Below, one piece after another: positions 1 through 16,916 of a DNA stretch of 64,000 nt. Location: assembly GCF_009914755.1 (NCBI RefSeq), contig NC_060941.1. One strand, written 5' to 3'. The stretch comes from the human T2T-CHM13v2.0 reference genome, Homo sapiens. Numbering within the stretch: position 1 is the stretch's first letter; each line of letters opens with the position of its first letter. The notes below the pieces were generated by a model. The model was not told the DNA's origin. It saw only the letters and a list, made by a program, of their open reading frames with translations, and did not search any database. The position numbers were made by a program, and so were the translations under genes.

Positions 1-210
1 AATAAATAAATGGAAACAATAGACACTGGAGACTGTTGGGTGGTGGGAGGGAGCAGGGCAGGAGCTGAAAAACTACCTATAGGATACTATGTTCATTATA
101 TGGGTGATGGGATCAATCATACCCCAAACCTCAGCATCACACAATATACCAAGGTAACAAACCTGCACATGTTCCCCTGGTATTCAAAATAAAAGTTGAA
201 AAAAGAAAAG
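1..210 (+). mobile_element. Old L1 3' end (L1PA16/L1PB-like)
   Basis: L1 3' UTR motifs CCCCAAACCTCAGCATCACACAATATACC and GTAACAAACCTGCACATG, then AAAATAAAAGTTG and an A-rich tail. Confidence 0.8.
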
Positions 211-384
211 AATGTTGAAATGTATGTAGACCAGAGCACATGATAATGCACGGTTGTCTCCAAGATTTCAAGTGACCTGTCATTTTCCTGGTGTTTAATT
301 GTTGTTGGTATCTGGCACAGTATTTAGTACTCAGTGTAGAAATGAGCATGAATAATACTCTGGTCACTGTGCATCTCTCATTCA

Positions 385-712
<328 letters not shown>

Positions 713-1192
713 TAAAATACGCCTTAAAAGTGAGGCAGTCTCGTCTCTTATCTGTCTGGACATCATTCTACCCTGCATTCTCCTTCCCTACCACACTGAA
801 CCACTGGTAGCGCCAGAAAACCTGAATATTTCATGTTAGCAAGGATGGGTTCTTATCACAGCAGGCCTGTCAGAGAGATGGGGAAATATGCCAGGTGATA
901 GGCACACAAGTATGGGCAACGGGAATGTCGAGAGATGAGACTAAAAGGGCCACGTAGTGAAGGGCCTTGAATTTCACACAAGAGAGTTCGGATTGAATCC
1001 TTAAGAATTAATGGAAGCATTATGAAGGGAGACTAAAAAAGCATTGTGCGGATTTAGATTTTAGCTCTCTACAGGCGAGTAGTAGAATGGGAGGGGTGGG
1101 GTGGGGAGGAATGAATGGCAAAGGCTTAATTTAAGACAATGAAGTGAAAGGGGTGGAAATGTGAATTATCAAAGGATAGAATAAAGAGGATT

Positions 1193-1714
<522 letters not shown>

Positions 1715-1964
1715 CCAGTTTCTGGGGCGCATTGTGATCCCAGAGACTGCTCCATTATACTGCCTCTCTAAGAGTCATTCTATTTAGGGTGTTTTCACTG
1801 AATCAGACATGATTCTTGGTTGGAAGTAACAGAAGCCATCTCTGGCTGTCTTAAGAAGTATTTATGAAAGGTCTGTGAGAGAGTGCTAGCTGTTATTTAA
1901 TTTCTATTCTGTCCTTTTTACTCAGGAAAGAGTAGAAATGTTCCAGTAAGAACCCTTGGCACAT

Positions 1965-2800
1965 AAGACCACTTTCCCCAGCCTCCCTTGCAGCTAGGTC
2001 TAGCCATGTGACTAAGTTCTGGCCAGTGGGATATAAACAGAAGTAATGTGTGCAACTTCCCACACTTATCCTTTTTTTTGTTTTTGAGACAGGGTCTCAC
2101 TCCATCATCCAGGCTGGAGTGCAGAGGCACAGTCTCAGCTGACTGCAACCTCTGCCCCACCCTGTAGCTCAAGCGATCCTCACACCTCAGCCTCCTAAGT
2201 AGCTGGGACTACAAGTGCGTGCCACCATGCCTGGCTATTTTTTTTTTTTTTTTGAGATAAGAGTCTCATTCTGTCGCCCAGGCTGGAGTGACATGGTGTG
2301 ATCTTGTCTCACTGCAACCTCTGCCTCCCAGGTTCAAGTGATTCTCCTGCCTTAGCCTTCCAAGTAGCTGGGTTACAGGTGTGTGCCACCACACCTGGAT
2401 GATTTTTGTATTTTTAGTAGAGATGGGGTTTCACCATGTTGCCCAGATTGCTCTTGAATTCCTGAGCTCAAGTAATCCACCTACCTCGGCTTCCCAAAGT
2501 GCTGAGATTATAGGCGACAGCCACTGCACCCAGCCTAAACTTATCCTTAAAGGGTGAAGGTATATACTTCTTCCTTTTTCCCATTACTTATGTGATGGCT
2601 GCAGCTCCATCTTGGACCATGAGGAAGTCCATACCTTGGGGATGGCAAAGCAGACAGAGTATTCTGGGTTCCAGATCAACCACAGCATCCTAAAATGCCT
2701 ATGTTCAAACTTTTATGTGAAAGAGAAATAAACTTGTGCCTTAAGTATCCATTATTTTTGGTTTCTGTTACATGCAACAGAACCCGTATCTCAATAACAC
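1965..2800 (+). mobile_element. MaLR LTR (MLT1-type), split by Alu insertion
   Basis: CCAGCCTCCCTTGCAGCTAGG..CCATGTGACTAAGTTCTGGCCA; resumes at 2537 and ends with AGAAATAAACTT..TTTCTGTTACATGCA. Confidence 0.7.
2072..2536 (-). mobile_element. Three-arm Alu composite (AluJ-like with an extra AluS-type right arm)
   Basis: One left arm and two right arms within a single TSD acttatcctt. Confidence 0.85.
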
Positions 2801-4039
2801 AGGTAGGCATCAGAGACTAACCAAAATGACAGAAGGCTAGAGAGCTTTGAATACAGTTGGATACAGGGGCGCCATGGAGATGAGGCAGCAGAGACTGCCC
2901 AGCCTCAGTACCACGCTCCTGCTGCTGGGAGCAATCTGACTCCCAGGTGGCCCCAGTCTGGTTCACTCACTCAAGATGCAAAATCCTGGTAGGGAGCAGT
3001 TTATTGCTCAAATTGGGTCATGTGTCTCCTCCTTAGGGGCACCAAAGGTCAGCTGGAGGAAGGACCTAGCCCTCTGCTTCTGTATTGGGCATGAGCATTG
3101 GGAGTTGTGTTCCAGGGATAGCCCATGCATTAACAAAACATACAACAGGAAATTCTTTCCAAGGGAAGATTGAGCTGCTGATAGGAAGGGGGAAGGGGAG
3201 AATGCTGGACAGCCAGAAAAACACAACATATGTCTACTACATTTAACTTCTTATCCATACTGAATCATGGCAAATTAAGAGAGGCTTTCATTATTTATTT
3301 TCCCATTTAACTTAAAGCTTTCTTATTTCAGTGGACCCATTTTGCCTTAAAACATTGCAATTTTCTTTCACAGTACCCTTTAAGTGGCACACATTACTTC
3401 TAAATTCTGTTGCAAGCAAAGATATTCACAGGCTGCTTATAGTACTCATATGCTATACCTTCCTTTTTGGCAATAGAATCATGGAAAATAATGGCAACAT
3501 TGTATAAAAGCTACAATCAAAATTCTGTCCTGGGATCTTTAAAATACTTCTTAAGAATAGCAGGAGTATTTTCTATATATAAAAAGAAATCTTACCAACT
3601 AAAATGTTACTGGTATCCTTTCAAAAGCTAGTATCAATCTTGGCAATCCTGTATTTTAACATGACATTTTTATTGCATTTCAGAAAAAAAAAGGTCACAA
3701 AGAATTCGATCTCTCAATTTATTTGAAAAAGAAATTAAACTATTCATCATTAACAGGAAGACTATCAGACGGGCCCAAAGTGCAGTTGTTGAAAATGAGC
3801 ATTTTTTGTAATCAGTTCAGTCTCATTACTCTCCTGTTGTAGTTATCTGACAATTTCTGGAAAATGACTCTTAATACTTGTTTTTTAAATGTGTCCAAAA
3901 TTAGTAATACTAGCTGAGATGCCAATAATTTGCAAATAAGCCTTACTGTTGCTCAAAATTAAGAAACCATTCACAGTCACACCAAGTAAAACATCTAGTT
4001 TGTAGCTCTAGTATTTTCATTAAAATACTTCACAGATAG

Positions 4040-4438
<399 letters not shown>

Positions 4439-5008
4439 ATTTTGCAGCGATTTCTAATGAAAAATCATGTGCCTGTTAGAGCAAGAATTGTTTAAATATT
4501 TGTCTATTATGCTAACGAAGAAATGTAAAGAATGTGGAAATTAGCCCTGTGGTTCCTCCTTGAAGAGCTGGTGTCTGTTTGTGTTTTATGTTCTATTATG
4601 CAATTGTAGCCGCTCTGACCACTGGCTCCATTTTAACAGAGTGATCTTTTATACAGGCTTTTCACACTGAAGATCAAGAAGCTACAAAGCTGGTAACAAA
4701 CTGATATTTCTTTAATTGATCATGTTAAGCATTGTCAGATTATCCACCACAAGCAATATTTTTATTTCATTTGTGACATAAATTGTGGCAAATGTTACGT
4801 CTCTATAAAAATTGATGTCGAATTTGAACAGGTAATAGATGCACATGATATAAAGTGAAAGACATATAAAAAAGAGTATACAATAGAAAGTTTCCACCTC
4901 CCATCTTTGTCACCCAGTCATCTAATTCCCCTTCCTAAAAACGCCAGCTTCACATGTATCATTGCTGATATTATCTGAGCATATACTAACACGTTTTAAG
5001 ATAGTATC

Positions 5009-6315
<1,307 letters not shown>

Positions 6316-6390
6316 GCTCAGCGAAACATACATTCTTTCACCTCCTTTTTTTTTTCCACTTAATATACCTAGGAAATGTTTCATAGTCAT

Positions 6391-7158
<768 letters not shown>

Positions 7159-7368
7159 AGTTATTTGGTTTAATCTTCACAATAACATTGGGAGGTAGGT
7201 GTCATTAGCCTCAGTTAATTAATGAGGAAAAAGCAAGCATGATATCACATAATAGTATTAAATAATTTCATTCCCGGAAAACTGAACAAATCACCCAGGT
7301 TTGCACATTTCTACCTCCATTTTTAAGTGTTCCTAATTCTTAGTTCTCAATTTACTATCCAAATTCTT

Positions 7369-7673
7369 TTTTTTTTTTTTTTTTTTTTTTTGAGATGGAG
7401 TTTCGCTCTTGTTGCCCCGGCTGGAATGCATTAGTGTGATCTCGGCTCACCGCAACCTCCGCCTCCTGGGTTGAAGTGATTCTCCCGCCTCAGCCTCCTA
7501 AGTAGCTGGGATTACAGGCATGCACCACCACGTCTCGCTAATTTTGTATTTTTAGTAGAGATGGGGTTTCTCCATGTTGGTCAGGCTGATGTCGAACTCC
7601 TGACCTCAGGTGATCCATCTGCCTCGGCCTCCCAAAGTGCTGGGATTACAGGCGTGAGTCACTGCGCCAGGCC
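7369..7673 (-). mobile_element. AluSp
   Basis: GTTTCGCTCTTGTTGCC, CTCACCGCAACC, TTTCTCCATGTTGGTCAGG; TSD ccaaattctt. Confidence 0.92.
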
Positions 7674-7854
7674 CCAAATTCTTAAATCAGGAACATAGTG
7701 GCAAATAATGGCATTAACAAGTCATTAATGTTAGTATATTTGTCTTAAATCCTAGTGATCTGGTTGTAATTTGTTAATAGATTTATTTGTCATATTTCTT
7801 TTTCTCCTGATTTTTTTTCTTTTCTTTTTCTTCTTTTCATATAGAGGATACTCT

Positions 7855-8156
7855 TTTTTATTTATTTTTTCTTTTTTGAGACAAGGTCTTGCTCCGTTGC
7901 CCAGGCTGGAGCCCAGTGGCGTGATCATGGCTCACTGCAGCCTCAACTTCCCAGACTTAATCAATCCTCTTGTCTCAGCCTCCCATGTAGCAGAGACTAC
8001 AGGTACAGCACCACCATGCTTGGCTAATTTTTTTAAATTTTTAGTACAAAGTCTCTCTATGTTTCCCAGGCTGGTCTTGAAATCCTGAGGTCAGGCAATC
8101 CTCCCACTTCAGCCTCTCAAAGTGCTGGGATTACGGGTGTGAGCCACTGCACCTGG
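7855..8156 (-). mobile_element. AluJ
   Basis: Diverged reverse Alu (GATCATGGCTCACTGCAGCCTCAAC). Confidence 0.88.
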
Positions 8157-8302
8157 TGAGAATAAAATTTTAAACCAATATGAAAGGAAAATAAAGCACT
8201 GATGTGAGAAATGGACATTGTTAGCAACAGTACAGAAAGCATGACATTTTGTTAAGTATCATATTTGCCATTTATTATTTACTTTATTAGTTATTTATTT
8301 GA

Positions 8303-8595
<293 letters not shown>

Positions 8596-9264
8596 ATTTT
8601 TTTTGATTTATAATGGGTCAGCAGGTGGTAAAATAGTTTAAAATCTACAAATGTAAAATGATCTGGGAATAAAAAATCAACTAAGATATTTGTGCTAGAG
8701 AATCATTATTCAATGTAGTGTTCAATAAAGTAATTAGAACTTTAGTTGGGAAAAATCATGTAATTGTTTAAAACAGTAAATGCAAACAACAACTAAAAGT
8801 CTACGAGCTTGTTGGATTGCATATGGTAAGGTGCTAGTTTGCATAGTTTCTAAAGCTCTAGGATGTGGACTGGAACACATTGAAGATTTGAGCAAGCAGA
8901 TGCTTTATATATCCTGGGATAGTTCTGTCACCAAGTGTCTCCTTCACATCTGTCCGTTCGTTTCCATTCTCGATGCTACTGTCCTATTTTGGCTCCTTAT
9001 GCTTTCTCCCACAGTCTATGGTAATAATCTTTTAATTGGTCTCTCTTTCTGGGAGCTTTTCCTTTTCTGACTTCTTTGCGCAGACCTTCAGATTAATATT
9101 AATACAGTTCTCTTCAGTTGTTCTTCACAACCTCTTGAATGAAATCCAAGCTTCTTAGTGAAGTATTGAAAATCCACTATGAATTCTAGCCTCACTCACT
9201 GTCTGGCCTGAATAACTCATGTCTCCTGAGGCCTCAGAGCCCTGAGGGTAAAAACAATGGATTT

Positions 9265-9563
9265 GGCTGGATGTGGTGTCTCACACCTGGCCTCACTCCC
9301 AGCACTTTGGGAGGCTGAGGCAGGAGGATTGCTTGAGCCCAGGAGTTCAAGACCAGCCTCAGAAATATAGTGAGGCCTCATCTCTCAAAAAAATTATCTG
9401 GGCATGATCATGCATGTCTGTAGTCCCAGCTATTTGGGAGGCTGAGCTGAGAGGATCGCTTGATCCCAGGAGGCAGAGGTGGCAGGTGAGCCAAGATCGT
9501 GCCACTGCACTCCACCCTGGGCAACAGAGCAAGACCCTGTCTCAAAAAAATAAAAAAATAAAA
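9265..9563 (+). mobile_element. AluJ
   Basis: GGATTGCTTGAGCCCAGGAGTTCAAG; dimeric; A-tail. Confidence 0.9.
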
Positions 9564-10867
9564 CATGACGGATTCACTCTTACAGAAATAGGCGACTTCA
9601 TTGAAACCAGGACAGAAAGACACTAAGGCACACAGTGCTCAGAACGGCATGCTGACAAGATCTCTGGTGGGAGGCCATTGCCTGGACACCTGCTGGGTTT
9701 TGTCCTGGACACCATTCAGTCACTTGAGCATGTTTGGTACCCAGGGTATTTTTAAATAATAGGCAAAATAGAATGAGTTCTTCAAACCTTGTGGATTTTA
9801 TACTGAAAACTTCCAGAGATATATCTTAGGTAATTATAAGACCAAGCACAACAACAACAACAAAATCCTATCTTGAATCCATCAGTTGCAGATTTCATGG
9901 CTGACTACATCAAGAGGAAGCTGCAAGCTCTAAAAGCTGGAAGGCCAGTCAATATCAGGAACTCCTCAGAAGTGAAGGAAAAGCAGTTTAAATTTGTTTA
10001 ACACACCATGTTTTCAAACTAACTTTAATTTATGCATAAGGGCCATTAAATTTGTTCTTTTTTAAAAGGAAACTTCTTAATTGGAACTAAACCATTCATT
10101 ATTCACTGTGATACAGGTTATATACCCTTAGTTTCCATGTGATTATTCACATGTTCAGCTGACAGAAAGGAGAAAAAGCTATTCTAAAGACTTAGCTTCG
10201 CTTTGGCTCACTGGTTTTTATCTCAATTTAACTTCCAATCTCGGTTACAGAGAGTGTTAAAGCTGGAAGAAATAACATTTTGGTAGATGGTAAAGGATAA
10301 TTACGAGTCATTTCAAGTTGTTGAAGCTTTCATTAAATAAAGCAAGCTATTTGAAATCTTAAAGCTATTTAAATAAAGGACTAAGACTTCTGTTTTATTT
10401 ACTTAAAAGCTTAAAAGATACTGTTGAAAATTTAACAGTTAATCTATTGTAGGGTGTGGTTAGACATTTATTTTGACAGTGCTCACTGAAAATTCAATTA
10501 TACCCCCAGAGTCAAACTTGCCTGTCATCAAAATGTCTAACAATCTGAGTGTTCACGGGGTAATAACAAACCCCATACTAAACAGTTTGCCAGAAATCTC
10601 TCCTATAACATCTAAACGGAACAATTGGGTGGTTGTCTAAGACACCTAAACTCAATATGACATTTCAGCTAAAAAGAGTGAACTTATACCTAAGCACTTC
10701 ATGCAAGTTACCAAAAGAGAAGATATTCTTTAATAAAAAAGTACATTTGTTGAATCAAAGAATCTCAGTGTTGTAAGAAATATTTGAGATCATTTCAGTT
10801 AGGCTTTTCATTTCTTAAATTTGAAACTGAAGCTGAGATTAAACAGCTAATAAAAAGACAAAGCCGA

Positions 10868-12085
10868 TCCATGATATTGGTTTGGGCAATGATTTCTTAG
10901 ATATGACCAAAAACGCACATACAACAAATGAGATTACATCAAACTAAAGAGCTTCTATACAGCAAAGAAAACAATTAACAGAGTGAAGAGTGACAACTCA
11001 CGGACTGAGAAAAAATATTTGCAAATCATATGTCTGATAAAGAGCTAATACACAAAATATACAACAAATTCAACTCAGTAACAATAAAACAAATAACCCT
11101 GTTAAAAAATGGGCAAAAGACCTGGACAGATATTTCTCCAAAGAAGACATACAAATGGCCAGAAGAGATATTAAAAGGTGTTCAATATCACCATTGATTA
11201 GGAAAATGCAAATTAAAATGAGATTTCACCTTACTCATTTTAGAATGGCTATTACAAAAAAAATGAAAGACAAGTGTTGGTGAGGATTTGAAGAAAAGAG
11301 AACACTTGTAAAATGTTGGTGGGAATGTAAATTAGTGCAGCCATTATGGAAAACAGAAGGGAGGTTTCTCAAAAATAAAAATATATAATTACTATATGGC
11401 CCAGAAATTCTACTTCTGGGTGTATACTCAAACGAGTTAAAATCAGTATGTTGACTAGATATCAACACTTCCATGTTCACTGCAGCATTATTCACAATAG
11501 CCAAGATATGGAAACAATCTAAGTGCATATCAAGGGATGAATGGATAAAGAAAATTATATATACATATTTATAGTGTATACACACAATGGAATACTATTC
11601 AGCCTTTAAAAGGATAAAATTCTGTCATTTGTGAAAACAAAGAAAAATCTAGAGGATATTATGTAAAGTGAAATAAGTCAGGTACAGAAAGACAAATACA
11701 TCATGATCTCACTTACATGTGAAAAGTAAAAAATGTCAGACTCATAGAAGTAAAGAGTAGAATGATGGTTACCAGAGGCTGGAGGAGGCAGGATAGACAG
11801 AAAAAAGAAGATTAATTTGTTAAATGGTACGAGGTTCAGCTAGATAGGAGAAATAAGTCCTAGTGATCTATTGAGCAATAGGGTAATTATAGTTAATAAT
11901 AATATATTATATATTTCAAAATTGTGGAGTATATTTTAAACACTCTCACCATAAAGTAGTGATAAATATGTGAGTTGAAAGATATGTTAATTCACCTGAT
12001 ATAAATGTTCCACAATGTATACATGTATCTAAACATCATATTGTATGCCATAAATACACACAACACTTAATTATCAAATAAAAAG
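10868..12085 (+). mobile_element. L1MA-type LINE, degraded ORF2 3' end and 3' UTR
   Basis: GGGCAATGATTTCTTAGATATGACC, AAACTAAAGAGCTTCT, ATGGAATACTATTCAGCC and an L1MA-like 3' UTR. Confidence 0.88.
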
Positions 12086-12780
12086 TTAAGATGGAGCTGA
12101 GCCAAGAATCCAAGACTCTGAATTTAGATTTTTCATTTTCTATTATGCCAAAGTGTTTTCTGAAAATTAAAATTGAATATGGCATGTCCAAAAGAATATG
12201 TCATAAGAAGACAGGAATGGGGGGATTGCTGCATATAATCTCATATTTTTAGTCAGTTGTGTAAGATATTATTAGGAGAAGAAAATCAGATATTTTAAGA
12301 AAATTCTTATAACTCCTGTAACACTGAAATTTTATGGCAAACCTAAAAACTTCAAAATACAGAGTTTTTTAAAAAGTGAATCATATATACGCAGTTTTTA
12401 TTGAGATTATTAAAGCAAAATCTCTCAAAGTAGCAAAACATAAGTATATGTTTTAGACTGTACTATGCAGAATAGCAGAATGGTGCCAATGGCAAAAAAT
12501 CTTTCAAAAGACATAAAAATTATTGAGGTCTCATCCCAGCTCTACTAATCTATGTCTTAGCAACCTAGTGTAATTCCTACAAGTTCTGAACACTGCGTTT
12601 AATGTATCTGCATGGTTCCCATAACATTTTATAAACTTCAAATATTCACACTTTATAATTGAAACAATATACAAACTTTATTATTAAATAAGCTATCGGA
12701 TGATATTCTCCATCTACCCTATAAGGATACTATCTTCCTGTCAGAAAATATCTCCGATACATATTTACTCCCCAGATCTT

Positions 12781-12868
12781 TTCTTTTTCTTTTTCTTTTT
12801 TTTGAGATGGAGTCTCTCTCTGTCACCCAGGCTGGAGTGCAGTGGCACCATCTTGGCTCACTGCAAGC
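12781..12868 (-). mobile_element. Severely 5'-truncated AluY (88 bp including tail)
   Basis: Alu 3' end up to CTGCAAGC (AluY-type); perfect 14-bp TSD actccccagatctt at 12767-12780 and 12869-12882. Confidence 0.9.
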
Positions 12869-13602
12869 ACTCCCCAGATCTTAACTGTGGAATCTCCCGA
12901 CCATGTCCAGTCAGTAATCCATTATTAGTTTTGCCTCATGTGCCCTAACCACCTTCTCTTTACCTTCTATTTAAGCCCCAAATAAAAGTTACTATTCTTG
13001 GCTCAATTCTCCAAATCCTTTGAAGGTAACTGGTGACACTATAGCCTTTCTTTATGTGCCACCTTGTGATCCAGGCTTCCTAGTTATCTGTGAATATTCA
13101 CATCAGGTTACCTGCACTCCATAGAGGCAGCACCAACAAAAAACACAATTGGGATATACACCACTTTTAGACTTTTGAATACATGCCTCACCTTATAATG
13201 TGTGAACTGATTATTCACTTCTAGACATTCAACTTTCAAACAGGTATGCTCTGTATTAAACACCAACATCCTCCTTCCCTTTCACTGAAGGGACATCGAG
13301 AAAACAAAAAGATGCAATGCAAAGTTCACACATAAGGATAATTATTTGTGATAATGGTGACAATGAATGCTATTTCTTTTCCTGCTCTTATGAATTTGCA
13401 AATGTCCTACAAAGTGTATTAAATGAGTCTGTGAAAGTTCATCTAAGTCCCTAGTATTATTATTTCTTAACTCTCTAGAAAGTCCTAGCCACGTAGCTCA
13501 AAGCAAAATAGAAAAGATCCAAATCATTCATAGGACAAGTGTTAAGGCAACTTTCAATTACTAAATATATTTTTAGCCATTTAAAACTAAAAGAAAAGTA
13601 AC

Positions 13603-13881
13603 GTCTGTAATCCCAGCACTTTGAGATGCTGAGGCAGGCGGAACACAAGGTCAGGAGATCAAGACCATCCTGGCTAACACGGTGAAACCCCATCTCTACT
13701 AAAAAAATACAAAAAATTAGCCGGGCGTGGCGGCAGGCGCCTGTAGTCCCAACTACTCAGGAGGCTGAGGCAGGAGAATGGCTTGAACCTGAGAGGCCGA
13801 GCTTGCAGTGAGCCGAGATCGCGTCACTGCACTCTAGCCTGGGCAACAGAGCGAAACTCCATCTCAAAAAAAAAAAAAAAA
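13603..13881 (+). mobile_element. AluY, 5'-truncated
   Basis: CCATCCTGGCTAACACGGTG and GAGCTTGCAG; TSD aaaagtaac. Confidence 0.92.
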
Positions 13882-14896
13882 AAAAGTAACAAAACTCTTT
13901 TACTCCTTTTTATGATTTAAATTTTATTTTAGGTTTGAAAAGTGAGATATATATCACTTAACAGTCAGGAAGCGTGTAGTAAACTCAGTCTCTGAACTGA
14001 CGTTACCTAAAACAGAGATGTTCGTTTTCTCATACTCATCTCTAAAACAGAGGTAGACAGAGAAAGTGCTTCTTTTTCCGAGACTGTAATGAATTCAAAC
14101 CTATTCATTAACTTTATAGCAGTTATTTTGGTTTCACAGTGAAACATAAAAAGTTCTATCTTATTGGAAAGAAAACCAAGTAGCTATCTAAGTAGTTGAT
14201 GAGAAGGAATTTGTTCTACTGTTTTAAGCGCATGAGGGATAAAGCAAGACTTAGAAATATTTTTATTAGACCATTTCATTTTAATAGTATTTTCTATTAT
14301 AACAGAAATGACCTACAGTAAAATAATTCAAAATACCCTTACTTCTGAAGGTTATTTCCACATAAAATTGTAACATTACTATGATCTAAATTTAAATAAA
14401 ATTTTCTATTGATGTTAAAAGTTTGATAATATACAGTTTGTTAAAGTGGTTTGGTCACTATTTGGGTATGATCGACTTCAAACCATAGGTGTTTAAATGA
14501 ACCAAAGTCTTTGGTTTATTTCTATAGCTTTTTGTCTAGTTTGATTAATAACTAGTATACCAGTCATTCACATATAGTCATAACTGGCCAACCAAGGTTT
14601 ACTTGGTAGGAGGGTGACAGTTTACCCTTTAATACCACCTGATTAAAATACACAAGATGTTCTACACAAATAACAACAAATTGTTTATTTCTAAGAACAT
14701 AATTTTCCTTTTATAGGAAGCTCTCAACATTAATCTGGAGTCACATTTTAATTTTATAATGTAATAATTCAATAAATGGTCATTAGATATTGGGTTATTT
14801 GGAAAATTGCAAAAAATCAAACTTCTGACAATGTCCTTTAAAATAATGAACTCAGCTGGAAATAGTTAAACAAGACTTAAAAATACAAATCATAAT

Positions 14897-15186
<290 letters not shown>

Positions 15187-15640
15187 GGAAACACAAATCA
15201 TAACGTGAATATTCAAATGATTGTACAGTGTAACAACTGTATGCAAATAATTAAGAACAGTGACTATAATAAAAAAGTTTAATAGATTTGACATCAACAT
15301 TTAAAGAATATAACTTACATATACGAAAATAAGCCATCAAAACTTGAAGCTGTCAAATTGTGAAAAACAGTAGTAAACAATAAAAATCACTTACTCATTG
15401 GAAACACTGCAAAATGTCATGAAATCATTTCAGAAATGAAGGTACATTAATGAAAAATAATCATAGTTTTCAATTCAGTCTCACCTCACCTTTAAGAAGC
15501 AGTGTAAAACAGCAATAAATGGGATAATTTATATTACTGCAATAAAATGCAAATATATATATTGTGTACTAGCACCCTCTCTTCAATGTATAGTTTAACC
15601 CAATAGCTTTCTACCACTGGAAATTTATCATAAGAAAATA

Positions 15641-15945
15641 ATGGTGGCTTACACCTATAATACCAGCACTCTGGTAGGCTGAGGCAATAATGTCAGTTGA
15701 GCCTAGGAGTTCCAGATCAGCCTGGGCAACATAGCGGGATTCTGTCTCTACCAAAAAAAAAAAAAAAATGCTAGTCATAGTGGCTGGTACCTGAATCCTT
15801 GCTGCTTGGGAGACTCATATGAACCTAGGCTGATTTGAGCAGGAGTATCATTTGAGCACAGGAGGTCAAGTCTGCAGTGAGCTATGATCATTCCATCGCT
15901 GCAGCCTGGGTGACAGAGCAAGACCCTGTCACACACAAAAAAGAA
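15641..15945 (+). mobile_element. Degraded AluJ
   Basis: Both arms recognisable but highly diverged. Confidence 0.8.
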
Positions 15946-16849
15946 AATAATTCAGAATGCGCACAAAAATATATAAATATATTTCTGAAAGCTGCATTTG
16001 TAATACTGCAAAATCAATGCCACATTGAGACAGGGTACCAAGATTAAGGTAGAGTCACCAATGACAATTAAAATCTGGAGTCAGAATGCTGTATCTAAGT
16101 GTGACAACAGTTTCTCTGCTGCAGCCTACCACTACCATGCAGCAAAGTTGCTCTATTACTTCTGAATTTTCCACATTCTGAAAGAAAAGCAGAAAATCCA
16201 GTTTCTAAGACAAAAATCAAGTTACAAGTATTGACGGAAAAATCACTTTTAAATAATTGTAAACAGTAACAACACACTATAACAGTAAATCTAATTCAGC
16301 CTGATACCAGGCTGTACCAATAGATATAATGAAACTGCATAATATTGGTAAAGCAATTGTATGGTAGAAAAATACTGGCATAAAAATGTTCATAGCAAGT
16401 TCACAAATGGAAAAAGTAATGTTTTATTTAAATAAAAAGGAGCTAAATGAATTGCAGACAACTACAAATTAATAGTTTATACCTTTCAATTTTAGAATTA
16501 ACGATATATTTTTCTTTATTTTTTGAGTTTTCATTATTGTGATGTATTATGCTGAAATTAGCAAAAAAAAAAAAAAAAGAGTAACTATCTGACTGATACA
16601 GAAATTTGTAATGAGAAGTAAGGTGTGTCCCTAACAAACCCACCTATGAGTCAGTTTGAAGGTAACAAGAAAATTTTTATCACAGTCGGGGAGAATGGGA
16701 ACCTGTGATATGTGGCAGTGACATATTGTTAACACTGTGCACTGAGCTGACTTCAGAAGTATTTGTGTACCTAATGATTTCCAGTGTCATCAAACGTAGG
16801 TAAGAACACTGAGTATTAGCACTGGTTGATATTTGGTCTCTACAATAGT

Positions 16850-16916
16850 GAGTATGGTGGTTAATTTTAGATGTCAACTTGAATGGACTAAGGGTTGCCT
16901 AGGTAGCTAGCAAAAC
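16850..16916 (+). mobile_element. MLT2 LTR 5' fragment
   Basis: GGTTAATTTTAGATGTCAACTTGAATGGACTAAGGG matches the recalled MLT2 start. Confidence 0.6.
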
